Below, in pieces: positions 50,901 through 62,800 of a stretch of DNA of 64,000 nt (positions are counted from its first letter, which is position 1; every line of letters starts with the position of its first letter). The notes under the pieces were generated by a model. It was not told the origin of the DNA. It was given only the letters and a program-made list of their open reading frames with translations, and made no database searches. Both the position numbers and the translations under genes were made by a program. Origin of the DNA: Gnetum montanum (lineage: Eukaryota > Plantae > Gnetophyta); NCBI GenBank assembly GCA_015680685.1, contig MNCI01000736.1, forward strand, positions 62,001 through 126,000. The letters are read 5' to 3'.

Positions 50901-52763
50901 ATGCTACTGGGCAATGTTGGTGGCTAGGTGTGGCGATGATAGGCATAACAACTAGCTAGCAAGGTGGCAAGATGATGTGTGCAGCCATAGTGGTAAGAGG
51001 TTGGCACATGGTGGGTGATGTAGTTATTTTTAGGGCCTCCTTGGGGCTTTTGCAGTATGTTTTAGGGCCCTCACGGTCCTCCATTGGGCTTGCATAGCCC
51101 ATCTCAAGGTCCACATGGCAAGCACAGTGTGGGATGGGGAAGCGGAGCATGGTGGCATGTGGGCAAAAGGGTTAGAAGGGGGGTGGGTTTGGCAATGTGT
51201 GTCAAAGCAAGTAGCATAGATGAGGTAATCTAGCCTCCTTTTCAGCCCCTTTTGGAGCTAGTTGTAAGATTGTGTGGTAGGCCCAATTGCTGTTGATCGC
51301 TAGCCATCCTTATCGTGGCTAGCAATAAGGTCAGTTGCGACCTATCCAAAAGGGGATTTTTAAAAATTTTATTATTATTATTATTAAAACTATTTTTAGG
51401 TCTAGGGTCAAACCCATAACCTCCTACTCAATAAGTATTTTTGAGAATTTTTTTAACTTTTAATTATTATTTTATTCTTTTTGTCTTGATAGTTGATGTG
51501 CCGGTTCGGTTGATGATAAGGTGGAGGCTCAGAATGAATAAATGGTGATTCTAGGTTTAATTCATGACCCTAAAATTTTGACATTTTTTCATAATAATTT
51601 AAGAATTCAATATTATTTAAGTGCATGCAAAATGAGAAAATTTAAACATCAATATCTCCCAAACCGTAAGTCTAGTTGAGATGAAATTTGTACCATTGGA
51701 ATTGTATGGATGAGGACTATATCTTGGACATAGTCTTATGGTTTAAAAAGGAAGTTTTTTTATAGGAATAAAAAAGAAAAAATTACCTATTTTTTTGAAC
51801 TAGCATTTCTAGGTTGACATATGATAACTTGAGGTCTTTTAGATTACTTGGATAGTAAATTTCAAAAAAAAAAAAAGATTAATTTAGGGCATGGTTGCTA
51901 ACTTTCTTGAAATAAATTTAACAATGATCTTAATTAATTAATAATTACATTATTAATATGGGTAAGAGTTACCTGGACCAATGTATCATTATCTTACCAA
52001 CATTTCTTGCAATTGATAAATCTTGATGAGACGTGATCAAATCTTCATCGATAAATGATATCCATGAAAGAATTCTTTTGGTTGGCGGTTCATTATTCTT
52101 CCTACTTCATGGCTCTATGGTTCATCATAAAGTTGTAGTCAATCCATGGTTTTTAATGGTCCTTGGATTATGGTTTGCTTCAATGCCAATTGTGACATCC
52201 CATCCTTGGATGTCATGGAAAACGTCAAATATATGATAGATTAGATATTATGCATATGAAGAAAATATACCAAATGTGAAATATATGTGATATTTGACAT
52301 TATGTATAAAGAAAATAATAGGAAAAATGTATAAAAGAAAGAAAATAATGATTTATTGATATGGAATAGCATATCTAAATCATGCTCTGAGAGTGTTCCT
52401 TGGAGTTTTCTTCCTTTGACATCTATCCCTTAGAGGCAATCCAGCACTACCACCACGGTTAGGCCTATAGCCTAGCTAGAAAGAATGGCCAATCCATTTC
52501 TTATGTTGCTTCACCTTGCTCTCCTGACTTGCCTGTACTAGCTCCACCACTCCATGCTGGCATGACCTCTAAGCCCAGGTATAAATGCCTTAGGTCAAAC
52601 CCCCAAAGGTTACCTTGAGAGATACATCTATTATTACAACCTATCCTTTTAGGTATTAATTAAAACTATCCTTTTGAGTCTTGTTACAATAATAATAACA
52701 CTTTTTATGAAGAGACACCATCTTTGTTAGGTAGCAACATCATTTCCAAATGGGGATGTGACA
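47945..52763 (-). mobile_element. Non-autonomous chromovirus-related LTR element carrying a CCR4-like sequence
   Basis: Full LTR 52191-52763 (TGTGACATCCC...GGGATGTGACA) and a partner LTR 47945-~48312 cut at a single N. Degenerate Met PBS on the minus strand next to 52191 (TGGCATTGAAGC vs TGGTATCAGAGC). Degenerate TSD AGGAC/GTGAC. The A2 LTR resumes in register after 52768. Confidence 0.8.
48770..50020 (-). pseudogene. CCR4: Intronless CCR4/CNOT6-type deadenylase (EEP nuclease domain) pseudogene
   Basis: Colinear motifs: VATYNVLA, CPSWALDW, DVLCL*GV, LEKLGY, NGCAIFYKEVKFELVQK, IPFILCGYFNA..GSSVYQFL, HAIPLASAYS, EPQFTNYS, FINTLDYIW, FPSHTRSSNHISL. These correspond to CCR4 YNIL / CP.WAL.W / CLQEV / DGCAIFF..KF / CGDFN / H.LPL.SAYS / EP.FTN / TLDYIF / PS..WSSDHIAL. 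Confidence 0.88.
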
Positions 52764-54699
52764 GTGACGACAATAAAGATGAACTTCTTGGAATACCTTG
52801 TAGCATTTGGAAATAGTTTAATGTAAAATAATTAGTAATCAACAATAGGACTATGACATAAGAAAAATTATAAAAATATGAAATCAAATAATAAAAACTA
52901 TCAAATCTATGGGGAATTATGCTTGATGAACTATGGGAGAAGAAATTGAAGTCTAACCTCCAAGTGATGGAGGATTTGGTCTTCTATCATGTTGGCCAAA
53001 TCCACATCCCCAAGATTAATTCTTGTAAGGATCTTGCTACTTTTGAAATCCATCCATGTGGGTGGCTCCCATGAAACTATGGCTGTAGAAACCTCACTTG
53101 TAGTTATAAAAACCTTAAGAGTAGAAGATTTAGCTACCATGACAATAACCCTTAAAACCTAGAAAATGGTCATAGGAAGGAAGATTGTTGGTAAAAATAG
53201 TGAAAATTTTTTAACCATGAAACCAAGTCCACACACCTTTTGACATCCCATAGCAACCCTAGGGGTATGAAATGTTGATAGGAAAAATCATTTAGTATGC
53301 CAACACTGCACATCTCCAAGGAGTAAAACTACTACAACCTAAAAACTTCTATGTGCATGACTGTACTTGAAAAATCATTAAAAATAAAACTTAGCTTTGA
53401 TTCTAGTGATTTCACCATAGTTGAAATCATTAAATTGTAAACTATGCAACCAAAACTAGAAAAATAAAAAACTCCTAGTCATTGTTGTAAAAAATGTTGC
53501 TAAAGTAACATGAACTAGGCCATCATGACAAAATCCCTTTCTATGCAAGTTTCATACAAAATTCACCAAAACTTCATTTCAAACCCAAATCCAATGATTC
53601 AAAGACCATTAGAAATCTTAAATCAAGACCTACTCACCAATAGCCAGAAAAAATGCAAATCCAATGCCATGTTTTAAAAAAAAAATTCATAAACTTCCAT
53701 GAAAAACTGAATATGGCATAAAACCACAATCATATGATAGAGCCAAAAAACTCATTACAGATTAACCACAATTCTTGATTGAATGAAAACATAGCTAATA
53801 GAGACCTAAAACCTAGTAATAAAAACATAAAACTTTAGAATTTAGCAATTGATAGCCATTTTCATAATAAAAATTTGACAAGCAGGGTTTCTTTTTTTAC
53901 CAAAAATAGTAAAAAACACAAAAAAATTGCAAAACCTAATTTGCAAACCACATAAATCAAAATCAAAATGAAGTAACCATGGAAACTTATAGAAAACATC
54001 AAAATAAGGGGTCGTATTTTGCCAAAAATAAATTTTATCAACTACAATGACCTAGATCTGAAAAAAAAATAGCCCCCATGCTAAACTAGGAAAATAGTAG
54101 AAAATGGCTAGAGAAATAAAGAAAATAGCTAGAGATGGCCTACCTTGGAGTGATGGTAAATGAAGCATGACATATCATGGGCTGTGGAAGGTGAGAGATG
54201 CTCTTGGCCACAAAATCTATATCTTCTAAATCTGGAGTTTTGCTACTGATCCCTCTTTTCTTCATGGTGATGAGAAAACACTGAAAAAAAAACCTTGGAA
54301 ATTTGAGGATTCTTCATAGTAATGCTACCAATAAGGAGATCTTGAGGTAACCTTGCTTAAGGATGAGAGTTTTTAGAAGTAAGATCTCTACAAGAGCTCT
54401 GATCAATGTACTATGGGAAGAGAATAAATGATGTATTTGATTTTTTGAAAAATTTTATAATTAAAACTAGATCTAAACCTAGATGCTCCCTTGCATACCC
54501 TTTTTGCCAAATCTAAGCACTAAAACTCATGGTGCATTGGTAGTGCAAAGGAAGAAAAGTTTAACCAATGCTAGGATGTTGGAAGTTACCACCAAGTTTC
54601 AAAAATTTAAATTTTTGGGGTCGGACCTAGTAGATGCCTCCCATGCAAAGTGGGTTTCAAGCCTTGAAACCTCTTCTACGTTAAGGTTTGAACCACTTA

Positions 54700-57450
54700 A
54701 AGCTCACAAAACCACTTTTTAGCCTTGTCCTCCCTTCACCCACACTGGCTAGCATGGATCCAACATGGGTCCCAGCCTCCTCTACCCCATGACCATGAAC
54801 CCTTACCCCCTTGCCATTTTTGGTAGTTGCAGCTAACATTACCTAGTCCTAGACATTAGCAGGGGGTAAAACCTCAATAGAACTTGTCACTTTGGGTAAC
54901 CATGATAGGTAAGGCCTCATCCACACTAACCTAACATTTCCCAAGGGGTATAACATCCATACACACTCTTTGGTATCCACCAAGTCTTGATTCAATCACA
55001 AGGTAGGCCCACATAGCCTAAAACCCCTCTATTCATTCTCGACAGCTTTAAAGCTTTGCCAAACCTAGTCAAAAGTGCCTGAAGCCTTGTGATCTAGTGA
55101 GGAAATGTTGAGGAGGGCTTTATCCATGCTACCTAGCATGGCTCTAATGTGGATTGATGGGGTCTAACCTCAAAACTCTAAAGTCAACCATCCATATTGT
55201 AGGTTTTAGCCTTAACACCTATCCATAGCCTTTGATAACCTATAATAGACCAAAAAAAGTTAAAGTTTGCACTACAAAGCTACCCCACACTAGGGAACAT
55301 GCTACCCATGCTAGCTAGCATGGGTCTAGCATGGTTTCCCTAGGGATAAATCATAAAATCCTTTCCATAGCCTTAAATGACCTCATAACTTAGTTGAATA
55401 GCCTTAACACCTTTCCCAGGTCTCTAGTAGTTGACAGTTATCAAAATTTGAGTTGATAGTAATATATAAAATCTTAACCATGCTATGGAACCCCCACCCA
55501 TGTTGTCTAGTATGGGTCTAGTATGGGTACTTTTGGAGTAAGCCATAAAACCCCTTTTATGACCAAAAATAGCCTTGAAACCTATCCTAGATACCACTTA
55601 ACCCTATTAGAGCCCCCAAAATCCATCAGTCATCATAAAATAGTTTGAAAATAGTAAAAATCTATCATCCTACTTACCATCCATGTTGGGGCCAGGTTGC
55701 CCAATGTGGATAAAGTGGGATGACTACAAAAAACACCAAGGAGCCATCAAATCAGTCTATTTTTATGCCAAATCTTGGCCATTAACCCCAATAATCAAAG
55801 TAGGTTTGAAATCGTATCAAATATTATTAAAAATTTTTAAAATCATGAACTCAAGTGGAGCCATGCTTGGAAAAATCCCATCCATGCTAAGCAGCATTGC
55901 CCTAGCATGGATGGCTTGGGTATGATCATGGATTACCAAGATCAACCCTAAAATTGACATGTGTGGACTTGTCAACCTTCTCAGAGACTTTGATAGCCAA
56001 AACTAGTAAAAATTGATCATATTACATGATCACTCCTATATACACATTGAAAAACCCCCCTCACTGATGTTGGCAAGCATGGGTGGCTCAAGGGTAGCCC
56101 ATAGGAGGCTCATGGATGCATTAAAATGACTTCAACTTGTACCACTTTAATTCTAGGACCCTACTAGCACCTCTATAGGTCATTAGACTTAGGAAAAATA
56201 GTTAAAAGTGGCAAAATCTATTCTCCTTTATTCATCCACATTGGGACCACATTAGCTAGCATGGCCCAGCATTGCTCCAAGGGGGGATGACTTCCAGAAC
56301 CATCCAAAAAGCCTTAGAAACTACCCATTTTTACCCTAAACCTTGGCTAGTGATGCTAGAAATTGTGCAAGCTTACATGCATGGTCAATGTTCTATCAAA
56401 ATATGCCAAAATTCAATATCTTAAGGTATCCACATTAAGGGAGGCCTAAGCCATATTGGCAACATGGATCTAGCATGGGTAAGTTGCCTTACCACTTTTG
56501 ATAGTACTTTGACAACACTAGAAGCCAAAAAAACATTCTCCAATAAAGCCAAGAACCTCACAACCTTAAATTGATAGTTGATTAACCTAATTTTAATTCC
56601 TAAAGCCTACCAAACCCCATCATCCATGCTAAAGTAACACTGCTTAGTGTGGTTCAAAGGGGTATGAGCATGCCTTGCCTCAAATAGCCATCAAACCTAG
56701 TTATTTTTGACCAGAAACCTAAAGTATCACTACTATTAACCCAAGAATCATATAAAATCAGTCGATTTATCCCTGAAGCCACCCAAAACCAAAAATTAAG
56801 AGTACCCACATTGAGCCTTGCTAGATAGCATGGCCCCAACATGGGTGAAGCTTCCAACATGATCTTACATCCACAACATCCCTTAAATGACCTAAAAACT
56901 TTACTAGAAGAATGTAAATGCAAAATCCTAGCTTCAACTTTAGATTAACCTTATTTGGCCTTGTAATAGCCCAGATCTAGATCTTCCATGAGCTAGTGTA
57001 GCTTTTGGAGGTATAACCTTAAGACTTGTCTTTTTGCAAGTTTTAACCTTCAAAGTGAGCAATCTTAATTGTTATGGCCTTGGCCTACCTTGGGAAGACC
57101 ATAGAAACTCAATTTCAATCCTCTAGGTGCCATAAGACCTATTTCTCATGGTATCCACACTAGGGCCACACTGTCTAGTGTTGCTCTAACATGGATGGCT
57201 ATTCTAGGTCATAATGGGGGCTTTCAAAGGTTGAAATTAATGTCAAAAATTGATCTATTTCTTTCCCTAGTCTACTACATTAACCATGTAAGCCATTAGA
57301 CGTAAAAAATTGTTCAAAGCCAACCTTAGAGAATACCTAGTTCTCTCATCCATGCTAAGGTTCATCCCACCCACACTACACAATGTGGGTCCAGTGTGGG
57401 TACCTAGAAAACCTTGTTTTTTGGCGTAAAAATCCTCAAAATAGCCTTGA
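54700..57450. repeat. Highly degenerate ~185-190-bp tandem array with CCATGCT...AGCATGG inverted cores
   Basis: Cores at ~54742, 54919, 55121, 55304, 55496, 55679, 55880, 56062, 56234, 56451, 56622, 56806, 57153 and 57347. Confidence 0.65.
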
Positions 57451-58199
57451 TAGGTGCCCAAACTCACTTATCACCCTTGTATCCTTAAATCATGGCTTGC
57501 TAAGGCCTAAACCTAGAAAAAGTTAACCTCTTTTGATCAATATTAACTATGTTTTATCACATGTGTTCCAATTGGATTCATTTGGCCTTATTTCATGGTG
57601 ATTTGACCTTATTTGACCTTTTTATTGCATTGTTGACCTTTGTTACCATTAGTTGGCCTCATTTAGCCTCTACATAACTTAATTTTCATCATGATTACCT
57701 TATTGTAGCCTTTGTTAACCTTTTTTCAACCTTTGATTTGTGTTAGGTGATGGGGCTTGACCATCCTTGGCCATCATTTAACACCATGTGGCCATGGCCC
57801 ACTAAGGCTTTAAACTGGTACAATGGCCCAGTAATGCCTAAAACTACCACAATTTTAATCTTAGTTAACCATGCTTAACCTTGTTTTCCTTACCTTCATT
57901 ATGCTTAAAGCTATTTTAACCTTATTTAGCCTTCATTTAACCTTTTTTTTATCTTTATTACATTTTATTTATCTATTTCTACCTCTTATAGCCTTGGTTG
58001 ATCTTGTTTGCATTTTGGTTACATTGAAATAGAATGTATTTACATAATTTCATAGTGTTTTGGCATTATTTATTCATCTTTACCCAAGTTTCACTTAATG
58101 TGCTTATGGTTGACATGTAGGACTAAAGTATGAGTACCTAGGAGTGAATTAGTTTTCCTTTGAGCCTAAAGGGGCCTCATAGTGATGTTGAATGATTTA

Positions 58200-59833
58200 T
58201 TAATCCCTATTACCTAGATCTTGAGCCTGAGAGTCTTTTTGAACACATAGCCTCAATAGAGAAACTTCTAGTATGGCTTGAAAACCTAGCCAAAACCCTT
58301 GACCTAGAGGCTAACGACATTATCAAAGACTCTTTAGTTGAGGTTCTTCTCATGGCACATAGTGGCAAGAAGAAAACCCTAAAATTAAGTTCCTCACTAG
58401 AACCTCAACAAGCTCAAGGCATCACTAAGATCCTAAAATATAACATTAAGGCCTTTGCCTAGTCATATGAAGATATTCTAGGTCTTGATCCATGTTTAGT
58501 GCAACACAAAATCATACTTGATCCTAGCATCAAACTAGTTAAGCAAAAATTTCACAAAATTAGACCTAATTTAGTCCTAGTAGTTCATGATGAAATCACA
58601 AAACTATACCAAGCTAGTTTCATAAGAGTTATTGATTATGCAGAATGGGTATCCAATATAGTGGTAGTTCCTAATAAATGGGAGTATACACATTTATATT
58701 GATTTCTGAGAACTACATAAAGCAACTATCAAAGATGATTTCCTATTGCCTAGTATTGATTGCTAGACATGTCTTATTATCCTTTATGGATGGGTTCTCA
58801 AGACATAACTAGATTAGGATTAACCCATAACATTAACTTAGTACAACCTTTATTACCCCTTGGGGTACCTTTTGTTATACCATGATGTCCTTTGGCCTAA
58901 AGAATGTAGGAGCAACCTATCAGAGAGCTATGCCATATATCTTTAGTGACTACATGTTAGGTTTGCTTAAAATTTACGTAGAAGACATAGTTATTGAGTC
59001 CAAACTAGTCAATGATCATGCACATGGAATAGACCATGTACTTAAATGATGCCTCAAGGATTAACCCTAAAAAATATGTCTTTGGTATAAAAACCAGTAA
59101 GATGCTTGGCTTTGTGTTATTTGAAGTAGGGATACGCATCGATCTTGATAAGGTTAAAGTCATTTCTAACTTGGTAGTACCAACTAACCTTAAAAAGCTT
59201 TGAGGACTACAATGTAGATTATAATTTATCCATAGGTTTATTTCTAGGCTCATGGATAAGTTAAAACACATGTGTTGCTTTCTTAAGAAAGTAGTTCATT
59301 ATGAGTGGAAAGCTCAATGGCAAGAAGCCTATGAAAACCTTAAGTAAGAGTTGGCACAACTACTGATGGTTTTCCCATCACAAAAGGATAAATATTTTTA
59401 CATTTACCTTGTTGTCTTTGATGCATATATTACCTCTCTACTCTATCAAGAAGGAGATGATGGAGCAAAGTTGCCAGTATACTACCTAAGCCATGCATTA
59501 GTTGCTCATGAGACTTGATACACCAAAGTAGAAAAGTATTATCTAGCACTAGTCTTCTCATTAAAGAAGTGGAGACATTACCTCTTTAGAAGCCAAGTTA
59601 GCATCATTTGCAAAGATAACATGGTTAGAGTCATAATAGTCAACATCTATGAGAGTATATGTATAACCCAATGGAAAGCCATAACAATGGTGTTTAACCT
59701 TCATTATGTTTCTTAAGCATCAACGAAAGGTCAAGCTATAGCTGTACATCTTAACTATTTTACCAGTTGATGACAACACAAATATAGAATCTAAATTCCC
59801 TCATGAACATATTAACTTTGTTAGTAATGTTCT
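58200..59833 (+). pseudogene. pol: Tat/Ogre reverse transcriptase + RNase H relic
   Basis: FA*SYEDILGLDP.LVQHKI...VKQK...FIRVIDYAEWVSNIVVVP; KDDF.LP.ID; FMDGFS..N*I; FITPWGTFCY.MMSFGLKNVGATYQRAM; IYVEDIV; RH VYYLS...ET*YTKVEK..LALVF; KGQAIA. Confidence 0.9.
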
Positions 59834-62800
59834 TGTGACATCCCATTCCTAGATGTCATAAAAATATGATTGCTCAATTTATTGCATTCATCATTATCTC
59901 TGATAATATTCTAGAAATATCATAAATACTTAATAAATGAATTAACTAGAAATAAATAATTGGTACTAAAGAATAAAACAAGGAAAAATTAATAAATTTT
60001 ATTAATATAAGAGAGTATTGTAATGCCCTTTAGGTTGTTTTCCTATGCCACTTAAGCCTTAGAGGCAATCTAATACTACCACCATAGTTAGGTTGTCCTG
60101 CCAAAGGGGTGATTAGTCCCTTTTTGTCCCACTTCACCTAGTTTCCATTACTTGCCTTTCTTAGCTCTGCAACTCCATGCCTAGCATGACCTCTTACCTT
60201 GGCCTTAAATGGCATTGGTCAAACCTTTTTCCAAGGGATACATGAATAGTTGTAACCCCTCATAATGAGGAGCCCCTTCATTTGAAGGTTAATTACATTG
60301 TTTACAGTTTTTTTCACTATTAACAAGGGATGGGACATTACAATCTACCCCCCTTAGGCATCTAGCTCATCCTCGAGGACTTCCTCTCTATCCAGCTGCT
60401 CAACTACTACTTCATTGTTATCCTCCTTAGCTTCAGTTCCCTTATTTTCCTCATTATCATCTATATAAATAAAAGATCAAAAATTATAAAACATAATTTA
60501 TTACATCCATAACAAATACAATTTATCATTCAATATCATGATGCTCAAAAAGTTGAGGATAAGTATTTAAAATAATCTCCCTGTTTTCCCAAGTTTGTTG
60601 ATCGCAATTTGACCATTGAATAAGTACTTCACTAATAGTTTTATTTTTTAATTTCTTTGTTTGTTGGTTCTTAATAGTAATTGGTTTAACTTCAAATCTA
60701 GTGTTGGATTATAATGATAAAGTATTCCAATCTAACACATATGGTACATCATTTTCATGAAACTTCTTTAGCAAAATCAAATAAAAAACTGGATGAATTT
60801 TTAAGGTTGTTGGAAGATTCAATTGATATGCTACTTCACTAGTTCTTTCAGAAATTTCAAAAGGTCCACAAAATCTAGGTGCCAATTTACTATATTTTCC
60901 TAGTTTAAGAGGACTTCTGGTAGGTTTCACTCTAAGTAATACTTGATCTTCTATTTGGAATTCTTTTTTAAGTTAATGTTGATCTACATATCCTTTATAT
61001 TTATCCTGAGCAACTTGTAAATTTTGTTTTACTCTTGTGACAATGTTTTCCATGATTTTCATTTCTTCTTCCTTCCATTCCATCCTTAAGGTTGAATCTG
61101 CCTAGCTTATTGGTGTACGAAAATTATGTTCATATACTAATTCAAATGGTGTTCGATGTATAGAACCTTGATAATTGTTATTATAGGAAAATTTTGCAAG
61201 TGTAAATAATTCTCCCACATTTTTGGTCTACTCCTAACATAGCTTCATAGGATATCTTCTAATATTCTCATCACACGTTTGATTTGTCCATTAGTCTTAG
61301 GGTGATAAGCTATGCTAAATTTCAATTGGGTTCCAAGCTCTCTAAAGAAATCTTTCTAGAATTTAGATATGAACTTGGGATCTCTATCCAAAGTGATAGA
61401 TTTTGGACAACCATGAAATTGAAATACTTCATGTATGAATTTTTTGGCTACTTCTTCTACTATGTTTGTAGATTTCAAAGCTATTAAAGGTGCCATATTT
61501 GATAGGTGATCAACCACTATGAAAATTGAGTCATTTTCATTTTTAGTTTTTGGCAATCCCACAATGAAATCCATAGTGATATCTTCCCATTTCTAAGTTG
61601 GGACTTCCCATTTCTCTATTCAACTTTTATTCTTTGGCGTGTTGGACAATTTTTTGATGTATGAGGACACATCATTCTTTATTCCAGGCTAAAATAAATA
61701 TTTGCAAATTATCATATAGGTCTTAATATAACCTGGGTGTCTTGTGTATGGTACTTCATGTGCTTCACACAATAATGCTAGTTTCCAATTTCCTTCTAGT
61801 CTGCATACTCTTTGTTCTTTCATCAATAAATCATTAGATGTAAGTTGATATTGAGGCTCATAGGAAATATTGGTTAAATTATTTTTAAAATAAGGGTCTT
61901 CTTTTATTTGTTCCTTGATTTCTTCTTTCGTAGGGGTTGTTACTACACCTATCATTAAGTTCCACATTCAACTAAGGATATTAGCTACCACATTATTCTT
62001 ACTAGGAATATATTTGATTTCAAAATCATATTCAGCTAATAATTGTATCCATCACCTTTGATAGGTATTCAAAATAGGCTTTCTTTGTAAATATTCTAAA
62101 CTTTTATGATCTATTTTTAGTACAAAACTTTTTTTGTAAACATAATGTCTTCAAACTTTTAGAGCATGAACAATTTCTAGTAATTCTAAATCATGGGTTG
62201 AGTAATTTACCTTGGCTCCTCATAATTTATGAGATTCATAACATACCACTTTATCTTCTTGTGAAAGAACTACACCAATTCCTATTCCATAGGCATCCAT
62301 TGATATTTCAAATTATAATTCTTTATCTAGAATTCTCAAAATAGGTGCTATTGTAAGTAGCATCCTTAATCTAAGAAAAGATTCCTTGCATTTTTTCATT
62401 AAATTTGAACATACTTTTCTCCTACAAAGGTCAGTCAATGGGGCTAGCAATGTAGAATAATCTTTAATGAAATTTCACTAAAAACTAGCTAAACCTAAGA
62501 AACTACAAACTACTATAACATCTTTTAATTTAGGCCAATCTTGGATCACACTAATTTTTGCTGGATCTACTTACAATCCTTTCTTGGAAGGTATATGTTC
62601 TAAGTATGAAACTTCTTCCTTAAAGAATTCACATTTACTCAATTTAGCTTTTAGTTAATTCTCTTTAAGAATTTCCATTGTGGTTTTCAAATGTTTGATA
62701 TGTTCTTCTTTGGACTTAGAATAAACAAGTATATCATCCATAATACTTTAACAAATTGATCAAAATATTCATAAAAAATATTATTCATTAATGTCATGAA

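Larger units (their letters stand above)
25911..52824 (+). mobile_element. Athila-like Ty3/gypsy element A2 (decayed, full gag-pol plus 3' extra ORF), both LTRs interrupted
   Basis: 5' LTR 25911-26524 + 36808-37048 (TGATGA...CTCATCA); PBS 37050-37067; PPT TCATGGGGGTA ~47622-47632; 3' LTR 47633-47944 + 52769-52824, then truncated. The internal region is homologous to A1. Confidence 0.88.

Noticed and set aside
52847-52859. AGGACTATGACAT identical to the junction at 47940-47952
   Set aside because: Only 13 bp with no extension on either side; cannot be distinguished from chance.
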